Assembly: GCA_033809515.1 (NCBI GenBank)
Contig: JAPXLN010000001.1
Coordinates: 158,101 to 222,100, forward strand
DNA from: Bacillota bacterium
GTDB taxonomy: Bacteria > Bacillota > Sulfobacillia > Fermentithermobacillales > Fermentithermobacillaceae
Direction: 5' to 3'
DNA: 64,000 nt
Of this stretch, positions 1-8,250 are shown one piece after another. Numbering within the stretch: position 1 is the stretch's first letter; each line of letters starts with the position of its first letter. The notes beneath the pieces were generated by a model. It saw nothing but the letters and a program-made list of their open reading frames with translations, was not told the origin of the DNA and made no database searches. A program made the position numbers and the translations under genes.

Positions 1-249
1 GGCACTGTATATCCAGTGTTCACGGCGCCTGCTGATGTTACCGACATGGACACGGCTGAAGTTCAGAATGCCCATGAGAAAGGCGCCGATACCCATGTAG
101 GTCATGGCGTAGCTTATCAGTGCGCGTACTTTCAAAGTGGTGCCGGGAACCAGCAAAGCTTCCACCGGGCCAATCCACTCAAACGCCCACCGCGCTATTA
201 TCATGATGATCATGATGATAAACGGAACTTCTCTTTTCAGCTCAGACAC
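1..249 (-). CDS. Cassette copy C, gene 2: multi-pass membrane protein (partial, runs off the window start)
   Basis: Identical to the 5' part of the 220-aa ORF at 6595-7257 (offset 7008 bp); GTG start at 249 preceded by AGGGAG. Confidence 0.85.
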   Translation of the reverse strand, partial: MSELKREVPFIIMIIMIIARWAFEWIGPVEALLVPGTTLKVRALISYAMTYMGIGAFLMGILNFSRVHVGNISRRREHWIYSA

Positions 250-281
250 CTCCCTTCAGTTGCCACTGTGAAGACCAAATC

Positions 282-1115
282 CTAGTAATTCAGCAAAGTC
301 TTGAGGAAGTTGTGCTCAGGAGCGAAAGTCTCAAGCAAGGTTCCGGCCACAATCATGACAAACACGGCCACACGGTAGATGTCCTGCGACACAACGCTGC
401 CGGTGATGACTGGCTCCTTGGAGATATACGCAGCGCCGGCAAACATTTCCTCGCCGATGAGAGTGTAGTCACACGTGGCAATGAAGAACGGAGTCTGGGA
501 AGTATTGTACTGGGCTGATACCTGGATAGCTCCTTCCAGACAACCTGCCTCAGCCAGGATAAGACACTCAGCGTAGAAGTAACCGATCAGGAACTGAGCT
601 GCAGGCTTCTCGCGAGCGATCATACCGGCCACTCCCATAGTCCAGGCAAACTGGGTGCCTGACAGATACCTGATGTCGTCTCTGTTGAACGCATCAGGGC
701 GTCCGGCCTCAAGAAATGCCTGCCTGACGATTTCCTGGTGTACCGCGTTGCACAGATAGCTGCTGTCGGTAACGATGATCCTGGTGTCATAGGATGCGCA
801 CAGCTTTGCAACGTGGGCCATATACGACCAATATGCGAAGGTACCCGAACCGCCAAGCCCTTCACTGTAGTTGGTCATATGGACCGGCCGACCCATTTCC
901 GTGGCACGTCCTACTGCCTCGTCGAAGGAATCCAGCCCGGGTATTCTGCGAATCTCCGGGAGAGGCAAACCCGCTCTTGCGCGATTTACGCCCCACCAAA
1001 TCAAGATCCCTTGAACAACGTAGAACAGACAGGCAAAGACCGCGTTCTTCTGGTTGATCACGAACCCCATCTTGTACTTAGGCGCTTCTGCCGCCAGGTA
1101 GAGCAGTTGAAACAT
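282..1115 (-). CDS. Cassette copy C, gene 1: DUF6754-like membrane-anchored protein, 277 aa
   Basis: IRRIPGLDSFDEAVGRATEMGRP, QFAW, AExL, CDYTLIGEE motifs recalled from DUF6754 proteins; N- and C-terminal TM segments; AAGGAGGTG RBS. Confidence 0.82.
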   Translation of the reverse strand: MFQLLYLAAEAPKYKMGFVINQKNAVFACLFYVVQGILIWWGVNRARAGLPLPEIRRIPGLDSFDEAVGRATEMGRPVHMTNYSEGLGGSGTFAYWSYMAHVAKLCASYDTRIIVTDSSYLCNAVHQEIVRQAFLEAGRPDAFNRDDIRYLSGTQFAWTMGVAGMIAREKPAAQFLIGYFYAECLILAEAGCLEGAIQVSAQYNTSQTPFFIATCDYTLIGEEMFAGAAYISKEPVITGSVVSQDIYRVAVFVMIVAGTLLETFAPEHNFLKTLLNY

Positions 1116-1258
1116 TCATTTCACCTCCTTCTGCATAAGATAGGCCGGTACTCATCTGCCGTACAGAACCAGTTGGATTGGTGCATCTAGTACTCCGTTG
1201 AAAAATAAGACCAAGTTTTGTCTGCCGGTTGAACAGCCCGTGCCTTCAATGCCTCTCT

Positions 1259-1283
1259 ATTCTACATTTTTCTAAGAATTCCT
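1259..1283 (-). promoter_or_regulatory. SigH-type promoter, cassette C
   Basis: AGGAATT-N11-GTAGAAT on the minus strand matches the Bacillota SigH consensus AGGAWWW-N11/12-RNNGAAT. Confidence 0.6.
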
Positions 1284-1300
1284 TCTGCCTTAAATTTTTT

Positions 1301-1330
1301 ATTCTACACTAAAGCGAAACTTGTCGTCAA
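1301..1330 (-). promoter_or_regulatory. SigA-type promoter, cassette C
   Basis: TTGACG-N18-TAGAAT; positionally conserved with the consensus promoter at 4844-4873. Confidence 0.62.
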
Positions 1331-1413
1331 ACCGCAAATATTGTCATATAGCCGGAGAGTCTTATTTCTCACCCTGTAAGCAGACTAACTGGCAATGCTC
1401 ACCGAAACGCAAC

Positions 1414-1455
1414 GGAAATAAACGGGACCCGGGTCTTAAGTCCCGGGTCCCGTTT
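1414..1455 (-). terminator. Intrinsic terminator after cassette B
   Basis: 14-bp perfect stem AAACGGGACCCGGG/CCCGGGTCCCGTTT with a T-rich tail on the minus strand. Confidence 0.8.
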
Positions 1456-1556
1456 AACAACTCGTTAGGATACTACCGAGTATCCAACGTGAATCAGGCC
1501 TCTATCTTCAACCAGTCAGTCAGTAGCGCTGCAATAGTCCTCCGTCACCGGTAAGT

Positions 1557-2177
1557 CTAGCCTCTAGCAAACATAGGCTGTATCCAGTCGCGTAACAAGA
1601 ACTGCAGCCGGCCAAGGAACAACGATATCCGTCCCTCGATGGTGTTACCGAAAGCAGCGCCAAACCTAATCATCATGAAGTACCGTCCGATTTTGCCACA
1701 CGTAGCAACCGTCTTTGACGTCTTGCCTACCGTGAAGAAGAAGTACATCATGGCACAAACCCAGATTACGAGGAACAGCAAGTTCTCAAATTCTCTGAGG
1801 TTACGCATGTTATCGGCTATCTGTACCATGGTCGATCTGGCGCCTCGGGCAATACTATATCCTATGCTCCACCCCATGCCGATGCAAATGGGATACGAGG
1901 CAAGCCAGCCATACTTTCCGCCCCAGAAGCTCCTTGTATAGTATAATGCACCCATAGGGACCAGCAACAGGAACCACCACCGGCCATCCTCAACGACGTG
2001 AGTCTTGTAGTAAGGGATAATGCTCTGGTGCACGCTCAGACAAAGACCGCGGCCAATCACAAGAGCGATAAATGTGTGTTCCGCAAACCGGTAGAAAGGG
2101 TTCTCCTTGATCAGGTACGAGTAGACCGCAAGAGTAAGCAATGCCGCCACCCATATTTGAGGTCTGGTCCATTCCAC
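1557..2177 (-). CDS. Cassette copy B, gene 4: multi-pass membrane protein, 206 aa
   Basis: YSYLIKENPFYRFAEH and GRYFMMIRFGAAFGNT motifs; about 6 hydrophobic segments; paralog of 5036-5647. Confidence 0.85.
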   Translation of the reverse strand: MEWTRPQIWVAALLTLAVYSYLIKENPFYRFAEHTFIALVIGRGLCLSVHQSIIPYYKTHVVEDGRWWFLLLVPMGALYYTRSFWGGKYGWLASYPICIGMGWSIGYSIARGARSTMVQIADNMRNLREFENLLFLVIWVCAMMYFFFTVGKTSKTVATCGKIGRYFMMIRFGAAFGNTIEGRISLFLGRLQFLLRDWIQPMFARG

Positions 2178-2226
2178 AGAAGTTCACCTCGCTTTCACAA
2201 TTGCCGTCTCGAAGATGATGACGTAA

Positions 2227-3069
2227 TCACACGGCCCTTGCCCTGCCCTTTTGCTTCAGGAAGAACGACACGTTACCCAGTACCACAAGAATCATGATTA
2301 TCAAGTGGCCGAGGCTTTGTGCATCCATAAGGACAGTTGCCTCACCTTTGCGGCCCAGGAGTTTCTCATACTGGGCAGCACCGCTCATCCCTGCCATCAG
2401 TCCCTTAATCTGACCCGATCTCAGGACGCTCATCAACGCAGAGGCCTCAACCGCCAGTGAGCCAACATAGATTTCGCAGTCAGCCCACTCAACCAGATAT
2501 GTACCCACTCCAGGACTTCCTGCGTAGAAGTCGATCAAACCCTTGGAGGTTTCGGCATTCCACTTTTTCACCCTCTCCATTAAAGGCAAGGTAGAAAAGT
2601 GATTACCCCAGAAGTCAGTATTGCCGCAGGTTTTCCAAAAGTCCTCTCGCAGTTCGCGCCAGGTCATGCTCTTCCAGCCTACGAAAACCCAATCGACGCC
2701 GTACTCTGCATTGTAACCGTCAGCCTTGGCCTGCTTTGCCACTCTCTTGCAGACATCCCCTGCTATCATTGCTCCTGCGTTCCACTGAGCCAAACCCACA
2801 ACCTTGAGGTCTTTCTTCAGGCAATGGTAGAACCAGGCTTCCAGCTGCGGTGTCAACTCCGCATTAACTGCGGATCCGAAGGATGCGTCGAAGAACACTA
2901 TCTCTCCTGGCTGACTGTTTTCAATCCAATCAAACACGGACCTGGTCATCTCGCTAATCCCTAGGGGCATGCCAATCGGCTTAAGAACCGGGATTACCAG
3001 GGCCAGTGCCATAAGCAGATACACCATCCGCGGACTAATGTCCTCGAACCTTTCAAAAAACTGCCTCAC
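2227..3069 (-). CDS. Cassette copy B, gene 3: protein with N- and C-terminal TM helices around a soluble domain, 280 aa
   Basis: YGVDWVFVG, SGQIKG, GAAQYEKL, MDAQSLGH motifs; paralog of 5695-6537; AAGGGAGG RBS. Confidence 0.85.
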   Translation of the reverse strand: MRQFFERFEDISPRMVYLLMALALVIPVLKPIGMPLGISEMTRSVFDWIENSQPGEIVFFDASFGSAVNAELTPQLEAWFYHCLKKDLKVVGLAQWNAGAMIAGDVCKRVAKQAKADGYNAEYGVDWVFVGWKSMTWRELREDFWKTCGNTDFWGNHFSTLPLMERVKKWNAETSKGLIDFYAGSPGVGTYLVEWADCEIYVGSLAVEASALMSVLRSGQIKGLMAGMSGAAQYEKLLGRKGEATVLMDAQSLGHLIIMILVVLGNVSFFLKQKGRARAV

Positions 3070-3125
3070 TCTTGTCCCCTCCCTTCACGACAAAGTGCAT
3101 TTCACAAAAACAAGGCTCGAACGCC

Positions 3126-3788
3126 CTATTGCTGCGTCAGATGACGCCTTTCTATGCCAAGGACCACCCTCCATGTACTGGCGATGCCTCCGAAGTACAC
3201 GCCAATACTGATGGCCCGCCCAACGGCTGCAGTGGGTATCTGTAACGCCCAATCCTTAATTCCGATGAACCCCCCCAACCAACCATCGGTGCCCCAGATG
3301 AACTGCCCAAAAGGAACGTTGGCCAGCATCACAATAAGGGCAAAGCCCATCATGACTGTGGCGTCCATGTTCCTCAGCCTAAAAGCCCTGTAGGCAGCTG
3401 AAGCGATATAGAAAGCAAGGAGCGAGAACATGGTTGAATCCAAGGGTACGCTCACAACCTGGAAGATTGCATCGAACAGTGGGTCGGTATTTGACTTCCA
3501 TATGCCGTATATGCCATAGCTCCAGGCTAAGACAACAGCCCATGCGCTGAATATCCAGTTCTCACGACGCTTTCTGACGTTATTCAAATGAACGCGACTG
3601 AAATTCACTGCGCCCAGACCGAAAGCGCCCAATCCCATGAAATCCAGGGCCCAGCTTATACACGTACGAACCTTCATCCCGTCGGCGAGCCTCATGGCCT
3701 CAGCCGGACCAATCCACTCAAGCCCCCAGCGAAGGATGATCATGATGATCATGAGGATAAACGGAATTTCCCTTTTCAAATCGTGCAC
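3126..3788 (-). CDS. Cassette copy B, gene 2: multi-pass membrane protein, 220 aa
   Basis: TMFSLLAFYIASAAYRAFRLRN and RVVLGIER motifs; paralog of 6595-7257. Confidence 0.85.
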   Translation of the reverse strand: MHDLKREIPFILMIIMIILRWGLEWIGPAEAMRLADGMKVRTCISWALDFMGLGAFGLGAVNFSRVHLNNVRKRRENWIFSAWAVVLAWSYGIYGIWKSNTDPLFDAIFQVVSVPLDSTMFSLLAFYIASAAYRAFRLRNMDATVMMGFALIVMLANVPFGQFIWGTDGWLGGFIGIKDWALQIPTAAVGRAISIGVYFGGIASTWRVVLGIERRHLTQQ

Positions 3789-3812
3789 CCCCCTTCAAAC
3801 GGCACATGCTTG

Positions 3813-4646
3813 CTAGAAGTTGTAGAACCTCAGAAAGAAGTTATACTTAGGTGCAAACGTCTCCAGCAGCGCGCCGCAAAGAACCGAAACGAACACAACC
3901 ATACGGATAATGTCCTGGGATACAACACTACCGGTGATAACCGGCTCCTTGGACAGCCACGCAGCCCCGGCGTACAACTCCTCACCGATCATGACATAGT
4001 CACATGATGCAATTAGAAACGGAATCTGCGTCGTTGAACCCGTGGCAACAATCTGAATAGCTCCTGCCAGGGCACCTGCTTCCGCCACCAGAAGCGCTTC
4101 GGCCTGGAACCCCCCGATCAGAAACTGAGCCGCAGGCTTCTCACGAGCGATCATGCCGGTCACGGTCATGGCCCAGGAAAACTGGGAGCCTGTCACGTAC
4201 CTGATATCATCGCTGTTGAAGGCATCGGGCCGCCCGGCCTCGAGATATGCCTGTCTAACGAGGTCCTGATGAACTGCGTTGCACAGATAACTGCTGTCAC
4301 TTACGAGTATCCTGGTATCGTACGACGCACATAGCTTCGCAACGTGGGCCATATACGACCAGTAGGCGAAAGTTCCGGCACCTCCGAGACCTTCGCCGTA
4401 GTTGGCCATATGAACAGGCCGTCCCATCTCAGTAGCACGCCCTACTGCCTCGTCGAAGGAGTCCAATCCCGGTATCTTGCGGATATCCGGCAGCGGCAGA
4501 CCCGCTCTTGCACGGTTTACCGCAATGTACACCAGAACTCCCTGAACCAAGTAGAAAAGGCAGGCTGAAACAGCATTCCTCTGGTTGACCACGAAGCCCA
4601 TTTTGTACTTTGGCGCTTCTGCAGCCAGGTAGAGCAGTTGAAACAT
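3813..4646 (-). CDS. Cassette copy B, gene 1: DUF6754-like membrane-anchored protein, 277 aa (diverged paralog)
   Basis: Same length and motifs as 282-1115 and 7290-8123, with many substitutions; AAGGAGGTG RBS. Confidence 0.82.
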   Translation of the reverse strand: MFQLLYLAAEAPKYKMGFVVNQRNAVSACLFYLVQGVLVYIAVNRARAGLPLPDIRKIPGLDSFDEAVGRATEMGRPVHMANYGEGLGGAGTFAYWSYMAHVAKLCASYDTRILVSDSSYLCNAVHQDLVRQAYLEAGRPDAFNSDDIRYVTGSQFSWAMTVTGMIAREKPAAQFLIGGFQAEALLVAEAGALAGAIQIVATGSTTQIPFLIASCDYVMIGEELYAGAAWLSKEPVITGSVVSQDIIRMVVFVSVLCGALLETFAPKYNFFLRFYNF

Positions 4647-4802
4647 TCATGTTCACCTCCTTCGGCGGAGAAGATAGGCCGGTACCCGCCCGCTGTACAG
4701 AACCAGTTGAACTGGCGCATCTGGTACTCCATTGAAAAACCAGACCAAGTTTTACCTGTCGGCTGAGAAGCCCGTGCCTTCGATGACTCTCCATTCGACA
4801 GT

Positions 4803-4827
4803 ATTCGACATGTTTCTAGGGATTCCT
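4803..4827 (-). promoter_or_regulatory. SigH-type promoter, cassette B
   Basis: AGGAATC-N11-GTCGAAT on the minus strand. Confidence 0.6.
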
Positions 4828-4843
4828 CCCACGTAAAATTTTT

Positions 4844-4873
4844 ATTATACACTAAAGCAAAAACTGTTGTCAA
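4844..4873 (-). promoter_or_regulatory. SigA-type promoter, cassette B
   Basis: Perfect TTGACA-N18-TATAAT on the minus strand. Confidence 0.75.
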
Positions 4874-4955
4874 ACTAAAAATCTTGCCACCTGGCCGAAA
4901 AGTCTTATTATCACCCTGTAAGCAGCATGACTGGCCATGCTCGCCGAAACCCAGT

Positions 4956-4997
4956 GGAAATAAACGGGACCCGGGTTTTGAGTCCCGGGTCCCGTTT
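4956..4997 (-). terminator. Intrinsic terminator after cassette A
   Basis: Same 14-bp stem as 1420-1455 with a different loop; T-rich tail on the minus strand. Confidence 0.8.
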
Positions 4998-5035
4998 GAA
5001 AACTCGTTGGGATACTACCAAGTATCCAACATGAA

Positions 5036-5647
5036 TCAGGCCTTTATCTTCAACCAGTCAGTCAGCAAGAAACTCAAGCGACCAAGGAACAGGGAAATTC
5101 GACCCTGAATCGTGTTTGCAAAAGCTGCTCCAAATCTGAGCATCATGAAATAACGCCCTATCTTGCCACATGTGGCAATTGTCTTCGACTCTTTGCCCAC
5201 TGTGAAGAAGAAGTACATCATGGCACAAACCCAGATTGCGAAGAACAGCAAGTCGTCGAATTTCTTAAGATTGACCATTGTATCTGCCAGCTGTACTATT
5301 GTCGACCTGTATCCTCGTGCAAGATCGTATCCCAGATCCCATCCCATTGACAGACAGATAGGATACGATGAAAGCCACCCGTATTTCCCATCCCAAAAGT
5401 ATCTGGTGTAATACATGAGACCGATTGGTACCAAAAGGACAAACCACCAGCGACCGTCTTCGATGACGTGGGTCTTAGTATACGGAATCAACGTCTGATG
5501 TATGCTCATGGTTACACCATGACCCACGGCAAGGCCCACAAAAGTATGCTCAGCAAACCGGTACCAAGGATTCTCTTTCACCAGGTACGAGTAAACCCCA
5601 AGAGTCAGGAAAGCCGCCAGCCATATTTGAGGCCTAGTCCATTCCAC
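5036..5647 (-). CDS. Cassette copy A, gene 4: multi-pass membrane protein, 203 aa
   Basis: Paralog of 1557-2177; GTG start with GAGGTG RBS. Confidence 0.85.
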   Translation of the reverse strand: MEWTRPQIWLAAFLTLGVYSYLVKENPWYRFAEHTFVGLAVGHGVTMSIHQTLIPYTKTHVIEDGRWWFVLLVPIGLMYYTRYFWDGKYGWLSSYPICLSMGWDLGYDLARGYRSTIVQLADTMVNLKKFDDLLFFAIWVCAMMYFFFTVGKESKTIATCGKIGRYFMMLRFGAAFANTIQGRISLFLGRLSFLLTDWLKIKA

Positions 5648-5694
5648 GAAAGTTCACCTCGCTTTCCTTTCCAATCCCAAGTAATAAGTCCGGC

Positions 5695-6537
5695 CTAGAC
5701 GGCACTTCCCCTGCTTTTTTGCTTCAGGAAGAACGACACGTTACCCAGTATGATAAGGATGATGATTATCAAATGGCCCAGGCTTTGCGCATCCATAAGC
5801 ACTGTTGCTTCGCTCGGACGGTTAAGAAGCTTCTCATACTGAGCGGCCCCACTCAAACCCACCATCATGCCCTTAATCTGACCTGATCTCAAAACCGACT
5901 GAAGGCCTGATGCCTGGACAGCTGCAGCACCAACATAGATATCATGTTCGGCCCAGTTGATCAGGTAGGTGCCTACGCCAGGGCTTCCGCTGTCAAACCC
6001 AAGGAACCCCTTGGAGGTTTCAACATCCCACTTCTTGACCCTTTCCATCAGAGGCAGGGTCGAAAAGTGATTTCCCCAGAAGTCCGTGTTGCCGCAAGTC
6101 TTCCAGAAATCCTCCCGCATTTCACGCCAGATCATAGACTTGTATCCCACAAAGACCCAGTCAACACCGTACTCGGCGTTGTACCCGTCTGCCTTGGCCT
6201 GCTCCGCCACTTTCTTGCATACGTCAGCAGCTATCATAGCTCCGGAACTCCACTGAGATATGTTGATTACCTTAACGTCCTTTTTCATGCAATGGTAGAA
6301 CCAGGCCGCAAGCTGTGGGTTCAGCTCTGACGAAGAACCGCCGCCGTAGGCTGAGTCGAAGAATACGATGTCACCCGGGTTGCTATTCTCAATCCAATCG
6401 AATATGACCCTCGTTGACTGATCGACCACTATGGGCATGCCAATAGGCTTGAGAACCGGGATTACCAGGGCCAGCGCCATGAGAAGATACACAATGCGGG
6501 GGTTGATATCTTCAAATCTCTCGAAGAACTGTCTCAT
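5695..6537 (-). CDS. Cassette copy A, gene 3: two-TM protein with a soluble domain, 280 aa
   Basis: Paralog of 2227-3069; AAGGGAGG RBS. Confidence 0.85.
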   Translation of the reverse strand: MRQFFERFEDINPRIVYLLMALALVIPVLKPIGMPIVVDQSTRVIFDWIENSNPGDIVFFDSAYGGGSSSELNPQLAAWFYHCMKKDVKVINISQWSSGAMIAADVCKKVAEQAKADGYNAEYGVDWVFVGYKSMIWREMREDFWKTCGNTDFWGNHFSTLPLMERVKKWDVETSKGFLGFDSGSPGVGTYLINWAEHDIYVGAAAVQASGLQSVLRSGQIKGMMVGLSGAAQYEKLLNRPSEATVLMDAQSLGHLIIIILIILGNVSFFLKQKSRGSAV

Positions 6538-6594
6538 TTACGTTCCCCTCCCTTCACCCGAAACTGCGCTAAACTTCCAGATATGCCCGGGCCA

Positions 6595-7257
6595 TCACTG
6601 TCCCAGGTGACGCCTTTCTATTCCAAGGATTACCCTCCAGCTGCTTGCAATCTGACCGAACACTATACCAAGACTGATCGCCCGGCCAACAGCTGCCGTT
6701 GGGGTCTGCATTACCCAATCCCGTAGTCCCACAAATCCCCCTAAAGGGCCGCTGCTGCTCCATACGAACTCCCCCAGAGGAACGTTAGCCAGCATCACAA
6801 CGAGGGCAATGCCCATCATCAAAGTGGCCTCCACGTTTCTTAGCCTGAAAGCCCTGTAAGCGGCAGAGGCAATGTAGAACGCAAGAAGCGAGTACATAGT
6901 TGCGTCCAGCGTTGTAAAGACGACTTGATAGATGGAATCATACAGTGGATCCTTGTTGCTCTTCCACACACCGTACGCGGCATATCCCCAGGCGCATATA
7001 AGCGCCCAGGCACTGTATATCCAGTGTTCACGGCGCCTGCTGATGTTACCGACATGGACACGGCTGAAGTTCAGAATGCCCATGAGAAAGGCGCCGATAC
7101 CCATGTAGGTCATGGCGTAGCTTATCAGTGCGCGTACTTTCAAAGTGGTGCCGGGAACCAGCAAAGCTTCCACCGGGCCAATCCACTCAAACGCCCACCG
7201 CGCTATTATCATGATGATCATGATGATAAACGGAACTTCTCTTTTCAGCTCAGACAC
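6595..7257 (-). CDS. Cassette copy A, gene 2: multi-pass membrane protein, 220 aa
   Basis: Paralog of 3126-3788; LLAFYIASAAYRAFR motif. Confidence 0.85.
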   Translation of the reverse strand: MSELKREVPFIIMIIMIIARWAFEWIGPVEALLVPGTTLKVRALISYAMTYMGIGAFLMGILNFSRVHVGNISRRREHWIYSAWALICAWGYAAYGVWKSNKDPLYDSIYQVVFTTLDATMYSLLAFYIASAAYRAFRLRNVEATLMMGIALVVMLANVPLGEFVWSSSGPLGGFVGLRDWVMQTPTAAVGRAISLGIVFGQIASSWRVILGIERRHLGQ

Positions 7258-8141
7258 CTCCCTTCAGTTGCCACTGTGAAGACCAAATCCTAGTAATTCA
7301 GCAAAGTCTTGAGGAAGTTGTGCTCAGGAGCGAAAGTCTCAAGCAAGGTTCCGGCCACAATCATGACAAACACGGCCACACGGTAGATGTCCTGCGACAC
7401 AACGCTGCCGGTGATGACTGGCTCCTTGGAGATATACGCAGCGCCGGCAAACATTTCCTCGCCGATGAGAGTGTAGTCACACGTGGCAATGAAGAACGGA
7501 GTCTGGGAAGTATTGTACTGGGCTGATACCTGGATAGCTCCTTCCAGACAACCTGCCTCAGCCAGGATAAGACACTCAGCGTAGAAGTAACCGATCAGGA
7601 ACTGAGCTGCAGGCTTCTCGCGAGCGATCATACCGGCCACTCCCATAGTCCAGGCAAACTGGGTGCCTGACAGATACCTGATGTCGTCTCTGTTGAACGC
7701 ATCAGGGCGTCCGGCCTCAAGAAATGCCTGCCTGACGATTTCCTGGTGTACCGCGTTGCACAGATAGCTGCTGTCGGTAACGATGATCCTGGTGTCATAG
7801 GATGCGCACAGCTTTGCAACGTGGGCCATATACGACCAATATGCGAAGGTACCCGAACCGCCAAGCCCTTCACTGTAGTTGGTCATATGGACCGGCCGAC
7901 CCATTTCCGTGGCACGTCCTACTGCCTCGTCGAAGGAATCCAGCCCGGGTATTCTGCGAATCTCCGGGAGAGGCAAACCCGCTCTTGCGCGATTTACGCC
8001 CCACCAAATCAAGATCCCTTGAACAACGTAGAACAGACAGGCAAAGACCGCGTTCTTCTGGTTGACCACGAACCCCATCTTGTACTTAGGCGCTTCTGCC
8101 GCCAGATAGAGCAGTTGAAACATTCATTTCACCTCCTTCTG
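7009..8141. repeat. Second copy of the near-identical repeat (matches 1-1133)
   Basis: Direct sequence comparison; two mismatches seen. Confidence 0.93.
7290..8123 (-). CDS. Cassette copy A, gene 1: DUF6754-like membrane-anchored protein, 277 aa
   Basis: Differs from 282-1115 by one residue (V20 vs I20); AAGGAGGTG RBS. Confidence 0.82.
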   Translation of the reverse strand: MFQLLYLAAEAPKYKMGFVVNQKNAVFACLFYVVQGILIWWGVNRARAGLPLPEIRRIPGLDSFDEAVGRATEMGRPVHMTNYSEGLGGSGTFAYWSYMAHVAKLCASYDTRIIVTDSSYLCNAVHQEIVRQAFLEAGRPDAFNRDDIRYLSGTQFAWTMGVAGMIAREKPAAQFLIGYFYAECLILAEAGCLEGAIQVSAQYNTSQTPFFIATCDYTLIGEEMFAGAAYISKEPVITGSVVSQDIYRVAVFVMIVAGTLLETFAPEHNFLKTLLNY

Positions 8142-8250
8142 TAAAAAATGTCGCACGACCGGACCCCGGCTACATAGCATTCTTGCGATGTAAGACCTGT
8201 TCATTACTGCGACTTAAGGGTTCATCCGTGCGACTTGCAACAGTATTACT

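Larger units (their letters stand above)
1..1133. repeat. Near-identical direct repeat of 7009-8141 (cassette copy C = copy A)
   Basis: Offset 7008 bp; only two differences seen (1058 T vs 8066 C; 1098 G vs 8106 A); shadow ORFs in other frames are essentially identical; identity ends at 1133/8141. Confidence 0.93.

Noticed and set aside
1263-1280. CodY-box-like AATTCTTAGAAAAAT in the cassette C promoter
   Set aside because: Three mismatches, poorly conserved in copy B, and explained by the SigH promoter spacer
4429-4873. ORFs of 121 and 118 aa across the cassette B leader as possible leader peptides
   Set aside because: The homologous leader of copy C has in-frame stops in both frames, and the ORFs overlap promoter elements and the real gene
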